Source of the DNA: the human T2T-CHM13v2.0 reference genome, Homo sapiens
Strand: one strand, 5' to 3'
DNA length: 64,000 bases
Assembly: GCF_009914755.1 (NCBI RefSeq)
Contig: NC_060937.1
The notes beneath the pieces were generated by a model that saw nothing but the letters and a program-made list of their open reading frames with translations, was not told where the DNA came from and searched no databases. A program made the position numbers and the translations under genes. Positions 40,070-55,999 of this stretch are shown here, in pieces (position 1 is the first letter of the stretch; each line of letters starts with the position of its first letter).

Positions 40070-40478
40070 TTCTTAGTCTGTTTTGTGTTGTGTATAATAG
40101 AATACCTAAAATGGAGTAATATATAAGTAAAATAAATTTATTTTCTACTGTTATGAAGGCCGAGGAGTTCATGGTCAAAGGGGATGCATATAGTGAGGGC
40201 CTTCTTGCTGGCAGGAACTCTGAAGACTTCTGAGGCAATGTAGGTATCACATGTCCAGGGAACTGATGTGCTAGCTCAAGTCATCTTCTTATTAAGCCAC
40301 TAGTCCTACTCCTGAGATAATCCATGAATCCATTAATCCATGAATGGATTAATTCATTCATAAGGGCAGAGTCCTCATGACCCAGTCATCTCTTAAAGGC
40401 CCCACCTCTCAGTACCGCCTCACTGGGGATAAAATTTCAACAAGAGTTTTAGAGGGGACATATATCCAAACCACAGTA
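40070..40478 (-). mobile_element. MaLR LTR (MST/MLT1A-like) inserted in an old L1M fragment
   Basis: tcttagtctgttttgtgttg...cctcatgacccagtcatctcttaaaggccccacctc...aatttcaacaagagttttagaggggaca. Flanks (gaaccaccttaaacataaatc / attcccaggtcaaagggta) look like antisense L1M. Confidence 0.75.
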
Positions 40479-40618
40479 AATTCCCAGGTCAAAGGGTAGG
40501 AAAAATATTAACATATTTTATGTAAATTGACAAATTGTGTTCCCAAAATTTTTGGCAATTTACACTCCATGTGCAATAAATGAGATTTGCCATTTCCTTA
40601 AACCTCTGCCAACACTAG

Positions 40619-40912
<294 letters not shown>

Positions 40913-41995
40913 CTAACATATTTTCAGGTCAGTTCAGTACGATTAAAGTGAAGCCAACGCTTCACTTTACTTGAGCAAACACAGTTCAATTTCTGATTAT
41001 TTATTGAGTACATTGTCTTTGTGATTTTTCTTCAACTTTTAAGATATGTTTTTGTTTAATATCACTTCTTTGGATCATTTCCAGACAAAGCCACCTATAC
41101 ATTTCACTGCATTTCTCCTTAAGGTATTCAGCAGAACAACTACTAAATTTTGTGTTCTTTTTTTAATTTAAAAAAATAACTTATTTGAAAGACTGAGTTT
41201 TCAATAAAGTATAACATTCTTGAAGAGAGGGATAAGATTTTCTATCTTTTAATATCTAACACCTAGCAGCATACCAGGCACAAAATATGGTATGATGTAC
41301 ACTCCAGCAGAAATAAGGTAGTATGTGAGATAGTGATAAACTTTGTGGAACAGATCACAAGGGTAAAAAGGCTCAGAGGCAAGGTAAATTCACAAACCAG
41401 GGATTTGGTAAAGTGATGCAATATATGAATTATTTAGGTAGCACTTGACATATCTTATCATGTATTATCATGCATATATTTATAATTTTTTATCTAGAAA
41501 ATGAGATATACATTTTGTATATCCCAAAGAGTTATTACAGTAAAATGCACCTGGTCAACAACCAATAATTTATGATGATGCTAATGATAGGACTGTATTC
41601 CTGTTTTTGAAAAAGGAAGTAAATTATAAAATTAACTGTTGTGAATATAAATTGTTAAAAACAATTAATCTAAAGACCCAGTGAGGTTAACTCTAGGTTA
41701 TCGATTGGATTTACAAAATGTATAAAAATAAAAATATTATTTGTTATTCTGTTAATCCTTTCAGAGCCATGACACAATCTTAAAGGGGCTAAATTATCTT
41801 ACTTTTCTTCCAATAAAGACTTTTTTCTCTTTATTTCTCTTTCTATCCCATTGGTTACATTATTATATTTGTTGTATTTATTATTGTATTTCTCTTGGGA
41901 CTTATTTCAAACCAAAATTTGATGTTTCTTTGAGAGGTTTCATATGATGGCGATGATCAGTGCTTCATTTAAAAACGTATTATACCCATATTCTG

Positions 41996-42341
<346 letters not shown>

Positions 42342-42716
42342 TTAAAAATCATTCATTTATTTATTTATCTATCACACAGACAAAGGCACACACATGCAGA
42401 CAAGATACAAACATATCATATAATGCCTACTGTGTGAAAAAAATGTAAAATGCAAAACCAGAATAAATCTCTAAAGATATAATCACATGCACTATTGCAG
42501 ACTAGGTAGAGAGATACATTTAACAGAGGTGGATATCTTTCAGTAATGGCCATTAAATCACATCATGTAAGTGATGTGTCTAACTGGCTAATAAAAAGGG
42601 TCAACACCATCCTTTTAAAGATTTCTGTAAAGCACTGTATACTAGTATTTAATTTTGATATCAATATGAAAAATGGGAATCCTGTGGACATTTTGAATTA
42701 TCCAAGGACAAAGGAT

Positions 42717-42861
42717 AATGTGAGTAGGATGACCATGCATGCCTGTTTTCTCAGAAAATTTTAGTTTATGCTTGCTGTTATAGTAGTAAATATTGGTGAC
42801 ACACAATTTTACTTTATAAAGTTTCCACATTCATACAATGAATTAATTGTATTGTATACCT
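42717..42861. repeat. Copy 1 of a ~145 bp local direct duplication (decayed MER94-like hAT-Blackjack MITE)
   Basis: About 90% identical by eye to 43605-43750; TAGG(A/G)TGAC...ACCT(A) ends resemble Blackjack TIRs. Confidence 0.8.
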
Positions 42862-43164
42862 TATAAATATTATTAAAGTATAAACTACATATTTTCTAAT
42901 TAGTTAAAAATTAGCTCTTCTTACACTTACGGCAATTATTAGGTTGTGAAGAAGCATTATTACATATGAGCGGTTTCCTTGAACAGTGAAAATACAATAG
43001 GCTTTGGTGTGAAACTCAAGAAATCACACCTCGTTGTACACTTTTCTTATGGGGAAATATTATCTTATTCCTAATATTGATCAATTTCTCACCTTTTAAG
43101 TCTTGTTTAAAGTTAAACCATATAAGTTATTATAAAAGATGAAAATATTAGTCATTTTTCCAGA

Positions 43165-43600
43165 TCTCATGGTGGCCAGAGGAAATCATATGACTTGGCT
43201 TGGCCAATTGGACTCACATATCTGGATTTTGAAATGAGAACTAGTGACACTAGGGCAGAGGAATAGAAGGATACCTCTACTAGAAGTAGCAATGGCAGGA
43301 ATGTGGAGTTCCCAGCGTAGTAGTGGCAATGGTTTCCAGCATACTTGTTCTCAGGGTCCAGGACTGAGGGGGGCGATGTCGCAATCTGGTTTACCACAGG
43401 TTTGAGCATTAGCAGCACCATCCTCAGCAGATGGGTGCTATGGCATAATTTCAGCCAAATCTGATTAGAGTACCATTTTTTTTTTCCTGTCCATCTACCC
43501 AACTTAGTTTTCTCTGGTCTTTCCAGAGATTCTTTGAGCTATCCAGTTTCCTTTTACAAAATGTCCTTTCTGACTGAATAAATCAGAAAATCTGGCTGAC
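43165..43600 (+). mobile_element. Old ERVL LTR fragment (LTR16/LTR33-like)
   Basis: atgacttggcttggccaat...gagattctttgagctatccagtttcctttt...cctttctg; GC-richer than flanks. Family uncertain. Confidence 0.45.
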
Positions 43601-43604
43601 TTAA

Positions 43605-43750
43605 AATGTGAATAGGGTGACTCTGCATGCCTGTTTTCCCAGAAAAGTTTTAGTTTATGCTGGTTGTTGTAGTAGTAAATATTGATAACACACAATTTTA
43701 CTTTATAAAGTTTCCACATTCATACAATAAATTAATTATATTGTATACCT
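43605..43750. repeat. Copy 2 of the ~145 bp local direct duplication
   Basis: Shares the run acacacaattttactttataaagtttccacattcatacaat exactly with copy 1. Confidence 0.8.
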
Positions 43751-45925
43751 AACAATGAGGACATATCTCCCTTTTGTAACATGTAAATGAAGATGATATA
43801 AATAGTGTACTAGCTAGTATATTCTAGGTAATTTAAAAATAGGATTAAAAAACCTAAATTTTAAATTCACAGACTCTGATCATGCCTGTTTCTATAACAT
43901 ATTTGGACATGAATCATTCATGTTTGAAGCTGTATAATTAACAGATTTCTTGCCTCAAAGTAGGTGTAAGTTGGGCAGCATTTATGTCTATGATAAGAAT
44001 TAAAGAACATAGCATATTTTACCTCTATTTGTGGTTGTTGTTGAAATAAGTGTTTATAACCTTCAGCGAACATTAGAAAAGTAATTAATTTATTCATATT
44101 TTAAGGAGAGCTGCTGGAAGCCAAGAAATGAAAAGAGAATGGGGAAATCCAGACAGATTTATGTATATATTAAGGTAAGGACTAGTTTTACAGAAAGTTG
44201 TAAGAGATTTAAGAATGTATGAAAACCCAAAGTAGTGCAAATAGCATAATATTCAATGACTTTTTATTAAAAAATGTGTAACTCCTACTGTTAAAATCTC
44301 CACATAGTCTGATAATTTATTTTCTATCCTCCCCATTAGAATGTAAAATGACCCAAACTAACCTTTTATAAATGGAAACTTCATAAATTAAGTTTTATCT
44401 TAGACTGAATTTTAGAGTTGGGAATTATTATACTCAGAACAATTTGTAATTCAACATCTCTCTCATCACAGGGTTTATCTTGGAGGTTGAAATCACAATT
44501 CAAGAGGAAATTCTTCATGGGACATTCTAAAGGAAAGTAATGATAACTAATGTACCCACCAGAACCTCTTCTCACGTAAAAATTGCCGCTGTCCCCAGCA
44601 AATTCCGTCAATCATTTTACAAATGCTAGCTTATTAAAGATATACCAAAAAGTAGGTAACTAGGGCTAAATCTGAGACCATGATGTTTCAGAGTTTTAGA
44701 ATATTATTGTGAATACACAGGAGAAAACAAATTTAAATTTTGTAATCACATTTGAAAAGTCAGAGCATCACTTTGAGGGTGGCATTGAGATTTATGGCCA
44801 GAAGTCAAGTTCAGCTTTAAGTTTAATGCCATTCAGCCTGTATCTGTGTCCCTGCAGCTAGGGTAGCTAGCTAGGTTCCTGTTTCTTCTTGGACAACCAT
44901 CTCTATCATAGTCATTTATTTCTATTTTTAAATATAGCTTGGTACATGGGTTTATCTTAAAAGTACAACACATACTCAGTTTCCAACTATTTCAAGATGA
45001 AGTTCATAACTAAATCACAGTAAGGTGTACTTTTCCTAGAATATTTTGCATTGCCCAAAGCCTTTCCCTTTAACATAGTACAATGAAGCCTAGGATGTGA
45101 GCTTTTATCTAGTAGCTGATTTGCATAATGTAAGTATGCACACATACATATATGTAAATGCACATATGTGTGTTTTCTGAAATGTGGTTTTCTGTTTCAA
45201 CTTGGTTCTTATTAGAATGATTTTTTAAAGTGACTAAATATTCTTTAGATTCATTTGTTTTTTCAATAAAATTGACATAGTAACTCATTTTTGAGAAAAT
45301 AAGCTTCTGTATATAATAATGGATGACATCCATTCTTTGTCATTGTCTATGTAACATTCTCTGCCTACCCTATTTTTTTTTAACTCCCTTCAACCCATTT
45401 TCCAATATGGCGTAGCTTGAAATTCTCACTCTAAAAAAAATCCATTCACTAGCATGGAAAATATATCAGCATATAAATTTCAAATATAGTGAAAATATGA
45501 ATAATATCTTTGAAGTAAGTTTACTAGTTGAATAGCTATGTTAAAAGTAATTGTGTAAAACAGATACTAGATTTGCATTCTAAAACTCATAGAGTAACAA
45601 TGTTTTCTTACATAAAGTTTTTGGTATAATAGGTTTTACTTGAAGAGGACGAATTTAGGAAAGTCTCATTTTACAGTAGGTTTCTAAAAGGACTTTAGGC
45701 TTATTTTACATAGCCATTGATTTTTACAGATCATTAGACTGACCACATATTATTTTAATCTAGCTGCATTTAGTTAAATTGGTTATTTGTAATGTTTGTG
45801 ACTTTTGCTAACTTAAATTGCTTGTTTATTAGCATACGACCTGCATAAAAATAATTGTTATTGAAGAATATCACTACCAGAAATTGCAAATATTATCACT
45901 ATGATTTAAAAATTAAGTATAAAAC

Positions 45926-46281
45926 CACCATGGAATACTATGCAGCCATAAAAAAGGATGAGTTCGTGTCCTTTGTAGAGACATGGATGAAGCTGGAAAC
46001 CATCATTATGAGCAAACTATTGCAAGGACAGAAAACTAAACACTGCATGTTCTCACTCATAGGTGGGAATTGAACAATGAGAACACTTGGACACAGGGTG
46101 GGGAACATCACACACTGGGACCTGTCACGGGGTGGAGGGATAGGGGAGGGATAGCATTAGGAGAGATACCTAATGTAAATGACTAGTTAATGGGAGCAGC
46201 AAACAAACATAGCACATGTATACATATGTAACAAACCTGCACGTTGTGCACATGTACCCTAGAACTTAAAGTATAATAATC
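45926..46281 (+). mobile_element. 5'-truncated L1PA 3' end
   Basis: ORF2 C-terminus (MEYYAAIKKDEFVSFVETWMKLETII...MFSLIGGN*) plus L1PA 3'UTR; TSD aaaaattaagtataaaac. Confidence 0.95.
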
Positions 46282-48841
46282 AAAAATTAAGTATAAAACA
46301 ATAATTAAGATAAATACAAAATAAATCTGTTTATTTTAATTCTCATGTTTATTTGAAGGGATGTTTTAATATACTCTACTACACTTTTTTTACCAAGTTG
46401 AATTTTAAAATATTTTGATAATAATTCCCCCATGTGTTACTCCTTCTGAAATTGAAAATGAATACAGTAACTAAAACATAAAGCATCAAAAACCTGTAAC
46501 TTTGCTCATAAGTTTTACCATTTATTTACTTTGACCAAAGTAATATAAAAATAATCGGTGATAATAACATATTTTAAATTTTTTAAAGTATAATTCTTTT
46601 CAGTTTTTTTAATGTTACAACATCATTAGGACACTATTTAGAAGATTATTTACTGACTCATTAGGATTACTATTTCATTTGCAAATTTACCAATTCAGCC
46701 AAGTTTTGCCTTTTACTGAAGTGTTAATTCTAAGTAAACAAAGTATATGGCTTCAAATCTTAAATGAACGGGTTTCACACCATTATTTATCAAACAATTT
46801 TGCTACTTTCATTCCTCCACCCCAGCAGCCCTTTTAGCAATTTTTTTTTTCCTAACTTCCCAAGGGAAACTTTCATACCAGAGATAACTGTTTATGTACT
46901 ATGTGGTTCTTTGGAGGACCACAGACCATTGTAATAGCTAAGATACCGCCACTCAAACTGTTCCCCCTTGTGGGTGATATAATCCCCATTGAGAATGTAT
47001 GGTTTATTCCTACAGATTTTACCACAGTTTAGTCACCTATTTACTATTCATGGTATTGCTGAAGGAAGACTTGCTGAAATATTACCAGCCATAAAATATG
47101 TCAATAGCATTAGGAGATATTGAATGGCACTTTATCTCTGAGGTGGTCTTGAAAACTCAAAATCAAATGTCTTATCTCAATGAGATGTTTCAAAGAAAAA
47201 TCACCAGGTGCAAAAATTTGTTTCCATAAATTATAGTTCAGCTCATAGGACTTAAACATCTGCCAAAATGTCAATCAAAAGATGTTGAAAAGCTCCCCTA
47301 ATCTTTGTCAAAAGGAGACTTTTTCTTTCTTTTGTTTTTTCTTAATTCCACCTTGGCCTATTACAACTAACATCAGCACACATACCCCTGGCAAAGAGTT
47401 TGCTGCACTGCGTTCTCCTCTGGTCCCTTCTTCTTAAATCCTATGTTAATATGCTGCTTGGTGAAAGTCTTCTTAGGGCAAGACAGCATTATTGCATTAT
47501 TGGCAAAATAACAGCAGAAGCTTGTAAATGAGTCTGACAGCTCAAAATGGAAGACTTGTCCAGCAACAGGCTTTTATGTAACAGTGTGTTAATAACATCA
47601 TTTTGAAGAAACAAATGAATTAAAAGTATCTATAATTGTTATTATTTGCCCATTGATTGGAGATAATTTTATGTGAATATCTATCCAATATCTGACAAAA
47701 ATCGACTGTTAAAACGTGAGTTGGTGGTGGCAAATATTAATTTTCAATGGTATTATTTTCTGAGAAATACTTTAAAATGTTTTCCTAGGATAAATATAGT
47801 ATATTAAATAATGAGTTTCACTTGATAATTTAAGGAAGAGAAAATAACTCTCTAGAATAGCACTGTTATGAATAATAAAAGCATATATAGATCATTGTAG
47901 GCCTATTCATAATTCGTGCTTTTATACATACTCTAGGTTTATTGTATAACATCATTTAATCAAGAAAAACAAAGTGGGGACTCAATGTCAAATAAAAAAG
48001 AGTGAGTACAAAAAGTGGTACCCGATTTTACCACTGATACTTTGAAATCTGAATCTTTAGGGGAAAAAAAAATGTTTCAGATGTAAAAAATCCAATACAG
48101 TATCTGTTATTTAAATTAGAAGACTTGATTTATTTAATATAAAAATATTTTATAAATTTATATAAATAATATTTAAATGAGAAGGAAACTATAAAATATT
48201 AAAGTAATTTCAGTTAACTTTCATACATATTATATGACTATGAAATGATACATTGATTTTATTCATAACTACACTCATAAGCCTTAACTAACATGTTGCA
48301 TTTGTTATATTATGTATTTGATTTAGATTACCTAGGTACCTATTAAACTTCACTACAAAGGAATATTTAGAAAGCCTATGCCTTTTTTACTTTCTAATTT
48401 ATCTTAAATTTAAAAATCAGAGATTATTAGATATGTTAGCATACTTAAAAATGGCAAATTATCATGCTACCTTTTTTCTGTTGGCAATGCATTTTCAACT
48501 CATTTATATTTTAAAATTAACACTAGGAATTTTAATAAATCATTGTTGTTTGTCTATATTTATTTTTGAACATGTTCTTTAAGATTAGCAGCAACCCATA
48601 ATGAATACCTATAATTGATTTATTATGATTATAGGTAAAACAGAAACACATTTAGACCAGGACCCTAATCACCTTTCCATTATTTCTACACTTTTTTTTT
48701 TTAAAGTTTCTATACCTATATTAATGTCCATGGTTCCTGTGGAAAGAAAGAGACTGCTCCTTTTCAGAATCTGCTTTCTAACTATTTGGGATCTCTCCTG
48801 AGCGATTCTTCATAATAGAAGGATTTCAAAAATAGACCTGG

Positions 48842-49384
48842 TGTTATGAATGTAATATAAGCCTTCAAAGTTTTTGTGCTGCCTTGACATTCTTGACTTC
48901 ACAGAGTCTCAAAGGTCTAACTGTGAGATCTCTGGCTGTTTCTATGTATGCCCCTCACCCAGTGGGAAAGGCTCACCACCCAGTGGGAAAGGCTCACCAC
49001 TAGATCCCCTATCAGCCAGACCAGCTGCACTCCATGCCATCCTCACCCTAATATGTTTCCTTTCCCTGCCGGTCTGTGAAATTATTCAAACAAACAAGTC
49101 ACATTCCAATGTGGAAACCTGGGGTCACCACATCCTCTATTACTAATACAAATCCACCTCCCCCAGCTTCTGCTGGCTTGTTCATTCTGTTCTTGAGTGC
49201 AACCCCCCTGTGTTTCTGCATAGCAAGCGGTGTCCTCCCTCTCCAGGATGTGTGTGTTATGTGACTAATAAACTGCTGTCAATGTTATTTTTCCAGTCAG
49301 GTGTCATGTGTTTGGCCATCCCTGGAAGCCAAGAACAGGACTCCCTCCTTCACCAGTGAGGTAAAAAGGAGTGAAGTCAAAACA
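48842..49384 (+). mobile_element. Solo LTR (family uncertain) with internal 21-bp tandem duplication
   Basis: TG...CA ends, near-TSD ctgg/gtgg, AATAAA at ~49267; cacccagtgggaaaggctcac occurs twice at ~48956-48997. Confidence 0.65.
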
Positions 49385-50889
49385 GTGGTAGAGTAAAGAG
49401 CTTTGTTTTAAAATAAAATTCAAATTAAAACCAAATAAACCACAAACCACAGAGAGCACTCAGATACATAGTCATAACTTCTATTTTGTATAATATAAGA
49501 AAATAAACAATTATTTTATTATATATATATGCACACATCTCTCTATTATTTTGTAAGTGGACATTAAATTATTTTGCTTTTGATATTTATAATATTTAAG
49601 TTCTTAAAGATTCAACAATATAAATTCATTGAGATTTTTCTTAATATGCTATCAAGTTATACTCTGATCATTGCCTCTAGGTTCTTGGCATTTTATTCCA
49701 CATGAGGTCATGCCACTTCCTTCTCAAAGCTATGCAGAACTAGTGCCTAATCGGCATTATATGTATATATATCAGAGTCTCAGATTTTCTTCATGATGGA
49801 TGCATTGTGCTTCATAAAATGAAAAGCCAATGACACAGTAGAGGCAAAAAATAGCAACATCACCAAAATTATAGTTATTGTCACAGAATCTATTCAGATT
49901 TGAGTTTTCACACATTAGCTAGATCTTCCCAGTGGATCTATTTTTGAAAAAAATAATTGTTTCAGTTCAGTGCCCAGAAAGAGTAAACATACTCCTAATG
50001 CACTTTTTAAATTTCCCATGTGTGTATATCAAATATGATAATGTGGAAGAGTTTGCTGTTCCAAAGTGTCACGAAAATGGGAGCTACATTGGCTGGATTT
50101 TCAACTTGAAAAAAAGGATTATGTCATGTTTATCTTTGTATTTCCAGCATCTGGCAGAGGGCATGGCACGGTGCAGCTGCACAGAATAAGGCAATTAATT
50201 AATAGCATGTCTGGTTCCACAAAGGATTTGAGGTAGTTTATAGGAAATGTATACAATAAGATATCAAAATGTAAGTATAGTCTAAACACATTCTTGGGGA
50301 AACTACAAATTGGAAAAGGCTATCAGCACCCAACCTGCAGACCATAAGGTCCTTAGAGCCATTTTAATGTGGTTACAGGTTTACATCTGAGTATTATGGT
50401 GTCTGAAGCAAAAATGGGAAATACCACTTTTGCACTTTTGCTAGTTTAAAAGGGCATGCTTATATGTAAATTGTATTCCGTATTTCTACTCACAAGATGC
50501 CAAATTCACAGAATTATATTTTCTTTTTTCACACTCTGCCAGTAAGGATGGCATAATTTTTAAAAAGTGCTTATAAGTTATTAATCACCCCAGCACATGC
50601 CCCCTCATTTTGACTAAACACATTTTACCTTTCAAAATAGTGTATCTCCATTTATAAAATGTACTTTTTTTAATATCCTTTGGAAGGTGGCCAAATTATG
50701 AAAATAAAATACTACATTGGGAGTTACTTCATAATATCAGGAGGAAACTTGTGGTTGTCTTAGGAAAACAAAATGTTTTTAAAGGCACTGAATTTAAAAA
50801 GATGTCTTCAATGTAGGCTTTCATATAAAAGACACTGAGATATGTCAATATTATGGAAGCTATCTCCATAGAGCAAACACACGAGTTTT

Positions 50890-51192
50890 TTTCTTTTGTT
50901 TTGTTTTTGAGACGGAGTCTCACACTGTCGTGCCCGGGCTGGGGTGCAGTGGCGCGATTTTGGCTTATTGCAACCTCCGCCTCCCAGGTTCAAGTGATTC
51001 TCCTTGCCTCAGCCTCCCAATAGCTGGGATTACAGGCGCCCACCACCACGCCCGGCTAATTTTTTTGTACTTTTAGTAGAAATGGGGTTTCACTATATTG
51101 GCCAGGCTGGTCTCGAACTCCTGACCTCGTGATCCGTCCGCCTCGGCCTCCCAAAGGGCTGGGATTACAGGCGTGAGCCATCGCGCCCATCC
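50890..51192 (-). mobile_element. Alu (AluS)
   Basis: Full dimer; TSD caca(c/t)gagttttt. Confidence 0.94.
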
Positions 51193-51472
51193 CACATGAG
51201 TTTTTAAGACTATTTTCGTAGTATTTTTTCAGTCAATTAGCCCAATTCACAATTTGAGCACTGTGCTCAAAGAATTTATAGGGTGCCAAGATCCAATAAT
51301 CTGCATAGAACTCTTTAACTATCTGATGTAATCCATGTTCACAATGTTAATTGCCCAGAAATATAAATGGACCCCATATGCTTTAGAAACTTTCTTCAAA
51401 TAGTATTATATCTCTATTAATCTATCTTTAAATAAAAGGTTAAGCTTAAAAATGCTCATAATTGTACAATGA

Positions 51473-51849
<377 letters not shown>

Positions 51850-51874
51850 TCCTTATTTGTTTATTATTAACTGG

Positions 51875-52185
51875 GGGAAGGAGGTTTGAGATGTTTGTCA
51901 AAGGACACAAAATTTCAGTTAGCAAAGATAAGTACAAAAGATATATTGCACATCATGGTGACTATAGTTCATGACAATGTATTGTATTCTTAAATATTGT
52001 TAAGGGAGTAAATTTTAAGTTTTCTCATCCTCTCTCCAAAAGGAATGAGTATGTGAAGTAATGCATTTGTCAATTAGCTATATTTAACCATTTTACAATG
52101 TATACCTATTTCAAAATAACATATTAGACACAATAAATACATACAATTTTATTTGTCAATAAATACAATTAAAAACAAAAAGAAA
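51875..52185 (+). mobile_element. L1MA-type 3' end
   Basis: tttgtcaaaggacacaaaatttcagttag...catggtgactatagtt...tttatttgtcaat. Confidence 0.8.
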
Positions 52186-53370
52186 AACAGAGAGAATAAT
52201 ATGAAGAAAAGAGGGAAAGAGAGGTTTTCAATGTTAGCCAACTATTGAACTATAAGATTTAAAAATTATAAAAATTACGGTTAACAATTCTAAAAACTTA
52301 GTAAAAACTTGAGGTAGAAAATATGCCAAACATAATTGAAATAGGTGGAGGAACTTAGATCCCAAAGTATAATAATGCAGCTCAAAAAATAAAAGATGCT
52401 TAACTCACTTTAATCATGCCCTACCTACTTCCTGTGTATGTTATGAGGCTTAGAGAATTGATGTACATAATGAAGCTTTATCAACTATAAGTCACTGTAT
52501 CTTAGCTATCTAAGTGAACCATTATTTTACTTGCTTTTGGCTGTTTGTAACATAATTTAAAAGGAAAAACTATAGGAAGTCGGCTGAGCAAAACCCAAAT
52601 GCATACCTAGAACCTTCATCTGATTCTCCAAACAGTATTTTTTAATCAAAAGGTCTGATAGTTGTTAAGATTATGATGAAAACATGATAGAGGAGTGTAA
52701 AAACAAAACATTAGACCCATAGAAAATTCTGCAAAAGGATGGTCCCTTTTTTAATGCTTATTCTCTAATAAACCTAAGTGTAAACTTAATAGAATTCATA
52801 CGGCACATTTCCATACCAGTCTCATCATAGTCGAGCTTATATTATATTTAGGTACCATCTCATATTACACATTGTAAACTTTGAATTTATGTGTATGTAT
52901 GAATATATATATATATGTATATATACCAGTGTTAAAAATAATAATGTAGTTGGTACATTAGTAAGAATCACAATAACAAGATTCATTTACTGACTATAGA
53001 TTGAAGTTATACTCTCAAATTAGTACATTATACATCACCTTATATATGTGCTACTCACACTAAATACTAGCTCTTTGGGTAAATAAAACTGATACTATTT
53101 GAGTAGTATCACAGCTGAAAACTTAAAAACCAGAGAAAAGCATTAGAAATGGAGCAAAAAATGAGGAAAGTCAGAGACAAAGGCTGTCTAGCAACTATAA
53201 GGAGAACAGTAAAGCCCTGGAAAGTATATCTACGTAAGTCCTTCTTTAATTCTGATTTTACTCACATCAATTCACCTTCTAACCACTATATAACTCCCCC
53301 AGACATTGCCTACAGGGAATAAGAATAAATAACTTAAACAAAGTAGATAACCAAAATAAATTTTCAAATA

Positions 53371-53705
<335 letters not shown>

Positions 53706-54078
53706 TTACAACATGAAATTAACTTATTTGAACTTCTTTTTTGCTATATGTCTTTGCTTCTCATTTGTCTACAAATTATAAATTCCCAAATACCAAACAT
53801 TTTACCATATACTTTTCTTAATTTATAACATATCACTACCTGAGTTTCTTGCTTAGGCTGTATGTACTTTAACATTGAATTATGTTTTACACTCACTTTT
53901 AGTAGGTTCACAGTATACATTTATTCTTTGAGTCTCCAAAATAAAATATATCACCAATATCAAATTTGTAATTCTATGTGTCAAATAAGATATGACATCA
54001 CTAATTCTTTTTTCCTTTAGTGGCTCAGAGAATAGGACGAATTTGTAATTTCTGAGATTAATCAACTAGAAGCATATG

Positions 54079-54385
54079 CAGTTGTCCCTCCATATCTGTG
54101 GAGGAGTGGTCCCCTGAAGATACCAAAATCCACATATGCTCTAGTCCCTCATATAAAATGCCATAGTATTTGCATATAACCTATGCACATCCTCCCATAT
54201 TCTTTAAATCATTTCTAAATATCTTATAATAACTAATGCCATGGAAATAGTTGCTATATTATATGTATTTTTAAATTTTTGTTATTACTTATTGTTGTAT
54301 TATTGTTTATTTTTACTTTTTAAAATATTTTTCCATTCAAAGTTGGTTTAACTGATATGGGAGCCACAGATACAGAGAGCTGACT
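54079..54385. mobile_element. MER2 (TcMar-Tigger)
   Basis: cagttgtccctccatatctgtgg ... ccacagatacagagagctgact TIRs; internal gtatttgcatataacctatgcacatcctccc. Confidence 0.8.
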
Positions 54386-54667
54386 TATTTATGTTCAAAA
54401 TTATGGCATCACTTAAACATATATGAAAATCACTTCTTAAAACAACAAATAGGAAGATATCAAGAGACATGATTTGAACTAATTGAAATATTTGCACTGG
54501 AGGGGTGCTTTCCACAAATTATTACACTATTGATGTAACTAGAAACATAGAGCATATCACTAAAAAGACTGAAATGGTAAGTTTTAATTTCAGATTTCTA
54601 GAGCCACTTCAATTTTGTCATAGTGAAAACTTTGATAATGCAAGTTTGAACTTAAGTTTCTTCATGC

Positions 54668-54722
54668 AGCCTGGGTGACAGAGCAAGACTCTGTCTCAAA
54701 CAAAAAAAAAAAAAAAAAAAAA
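54668..54722 (+). mobile_element. Severely 5'-truncated Alu 3' end with A tail
   Basis: cagcctgggtgacagagcaagactctgtctc followed by ~24 A. Confidence 0.85.
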
Positions 54723-55094
54723 GGAAATAGACTGGAAAGCATGCATGCAACATGTGAACAACGGCATTTTTTTACAGAACTACTAAGAGTGTACATTTTT
54801 CCTAGATATCAACTACAGATATATTCACATCTTTTGAGTTTGTATTAGGTGATTCCTAAGGTTTCCGGCAGGTCTGTAACTGTGATATATTAATGTTGCT
54901 GAACAATGAATGAATGAATTCAAGAATACAGCTACTCTGATTTAGAAAACAATAATGATACAGTGATTATTCTGATATGAAATACAGTTGTTTTTCTGGG
55001 AATGCTTTCTTTTGGACTAAAGAGCTACAGCTCAGATTCTAATAGCTTGTCGTTTGTATAGAAGGGTATCTGCCTTTTAAAATCAGAATGTAAT

Positions 55095-55790
55095 TAGGTT
55101 CCTCACAAACTAAAAGTAAAACTGCCATATGATCCAGCAATCACATTTCTAGTTATATATCCAAATAAATTGAAATCAGTATGTTGAAGAGACATATGTA
55201 TTATCTTATTCACTGAAGCATTATTTACAATGGCAAAATTTTGAATTGACTGGAGTGTCTATCAATGGATGAACGAACAAAGGAAATCTGGGATAAATAC
55301 ACAATGAAATACTACTCAGCCTTATAAAAGGAGGATTCTGCCATTTGTGACAATGTGGATGAGCCTGTAGGACATTATTCTAAGTGAAAGAAGCCAGGTA
55401 CAGAAAGACAAATACTCCATGGTTTCACTTGTATATAGAATCTAAAAATGTTGATCTCATAGAAGTAGAAATTACAATGATGCTTACCAAAAGCTAGGGT
55501 GGGGTAGGGGGATGAAATATGGAGTTGATGGTAAAGGGTACATAGATTCACATCGATAGGGGAAATAAGTGTTTGAGACCTGTAACAGTATGGTGAATAT
55601 TGTTAAAAATAATGTATTGCATATTTCAAAACTGCTTTAGTACATTTGAAATATTCTCACCACAAAAAATGGTAAGTATATTAAGTGATGGATACGTAGC
55701 TTGATTTAATTATTCCACAATGTATACACATATCAGAACACTACATTGTATTCTATATATACAATTACTGTCAATTTAAAACAAATTTTT
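55095..55790 (+). mobile_element. L1MA-type ORF2 end plus 3'UTR
   Basis: aactgccatatgatccagcaatc...atcaatggatgaa...tactactcagccttataaaag...taagtgaaagaagccagg. Confidence 0.85.
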
Positions 55791-55999
55791 TAAAATTCAA
55801 ATCAAATCAGGCTGAATATTTTGCTGGCCTCACCGGGGCACCACAGCATATGCAACTCTTAATTTCATTGAGAAAAATTTTGAATTTTTATCTAGAAATA
55901 TGTATATCCTTTAATACATGTGAATATAAATTTATACTAGAAGCCTTGTTACACATCTAATACTCATTCAATAATTCATGTATCTAACTTTTAAAATTT

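Noticed and set aside
42642-43719. Two paralogous-looking small ORFs (MWKLYKVKLCV...)
   Set aside because: Both lie in the duplicated MITE relic and diverge immediately outside it; no evidence of a gene family.
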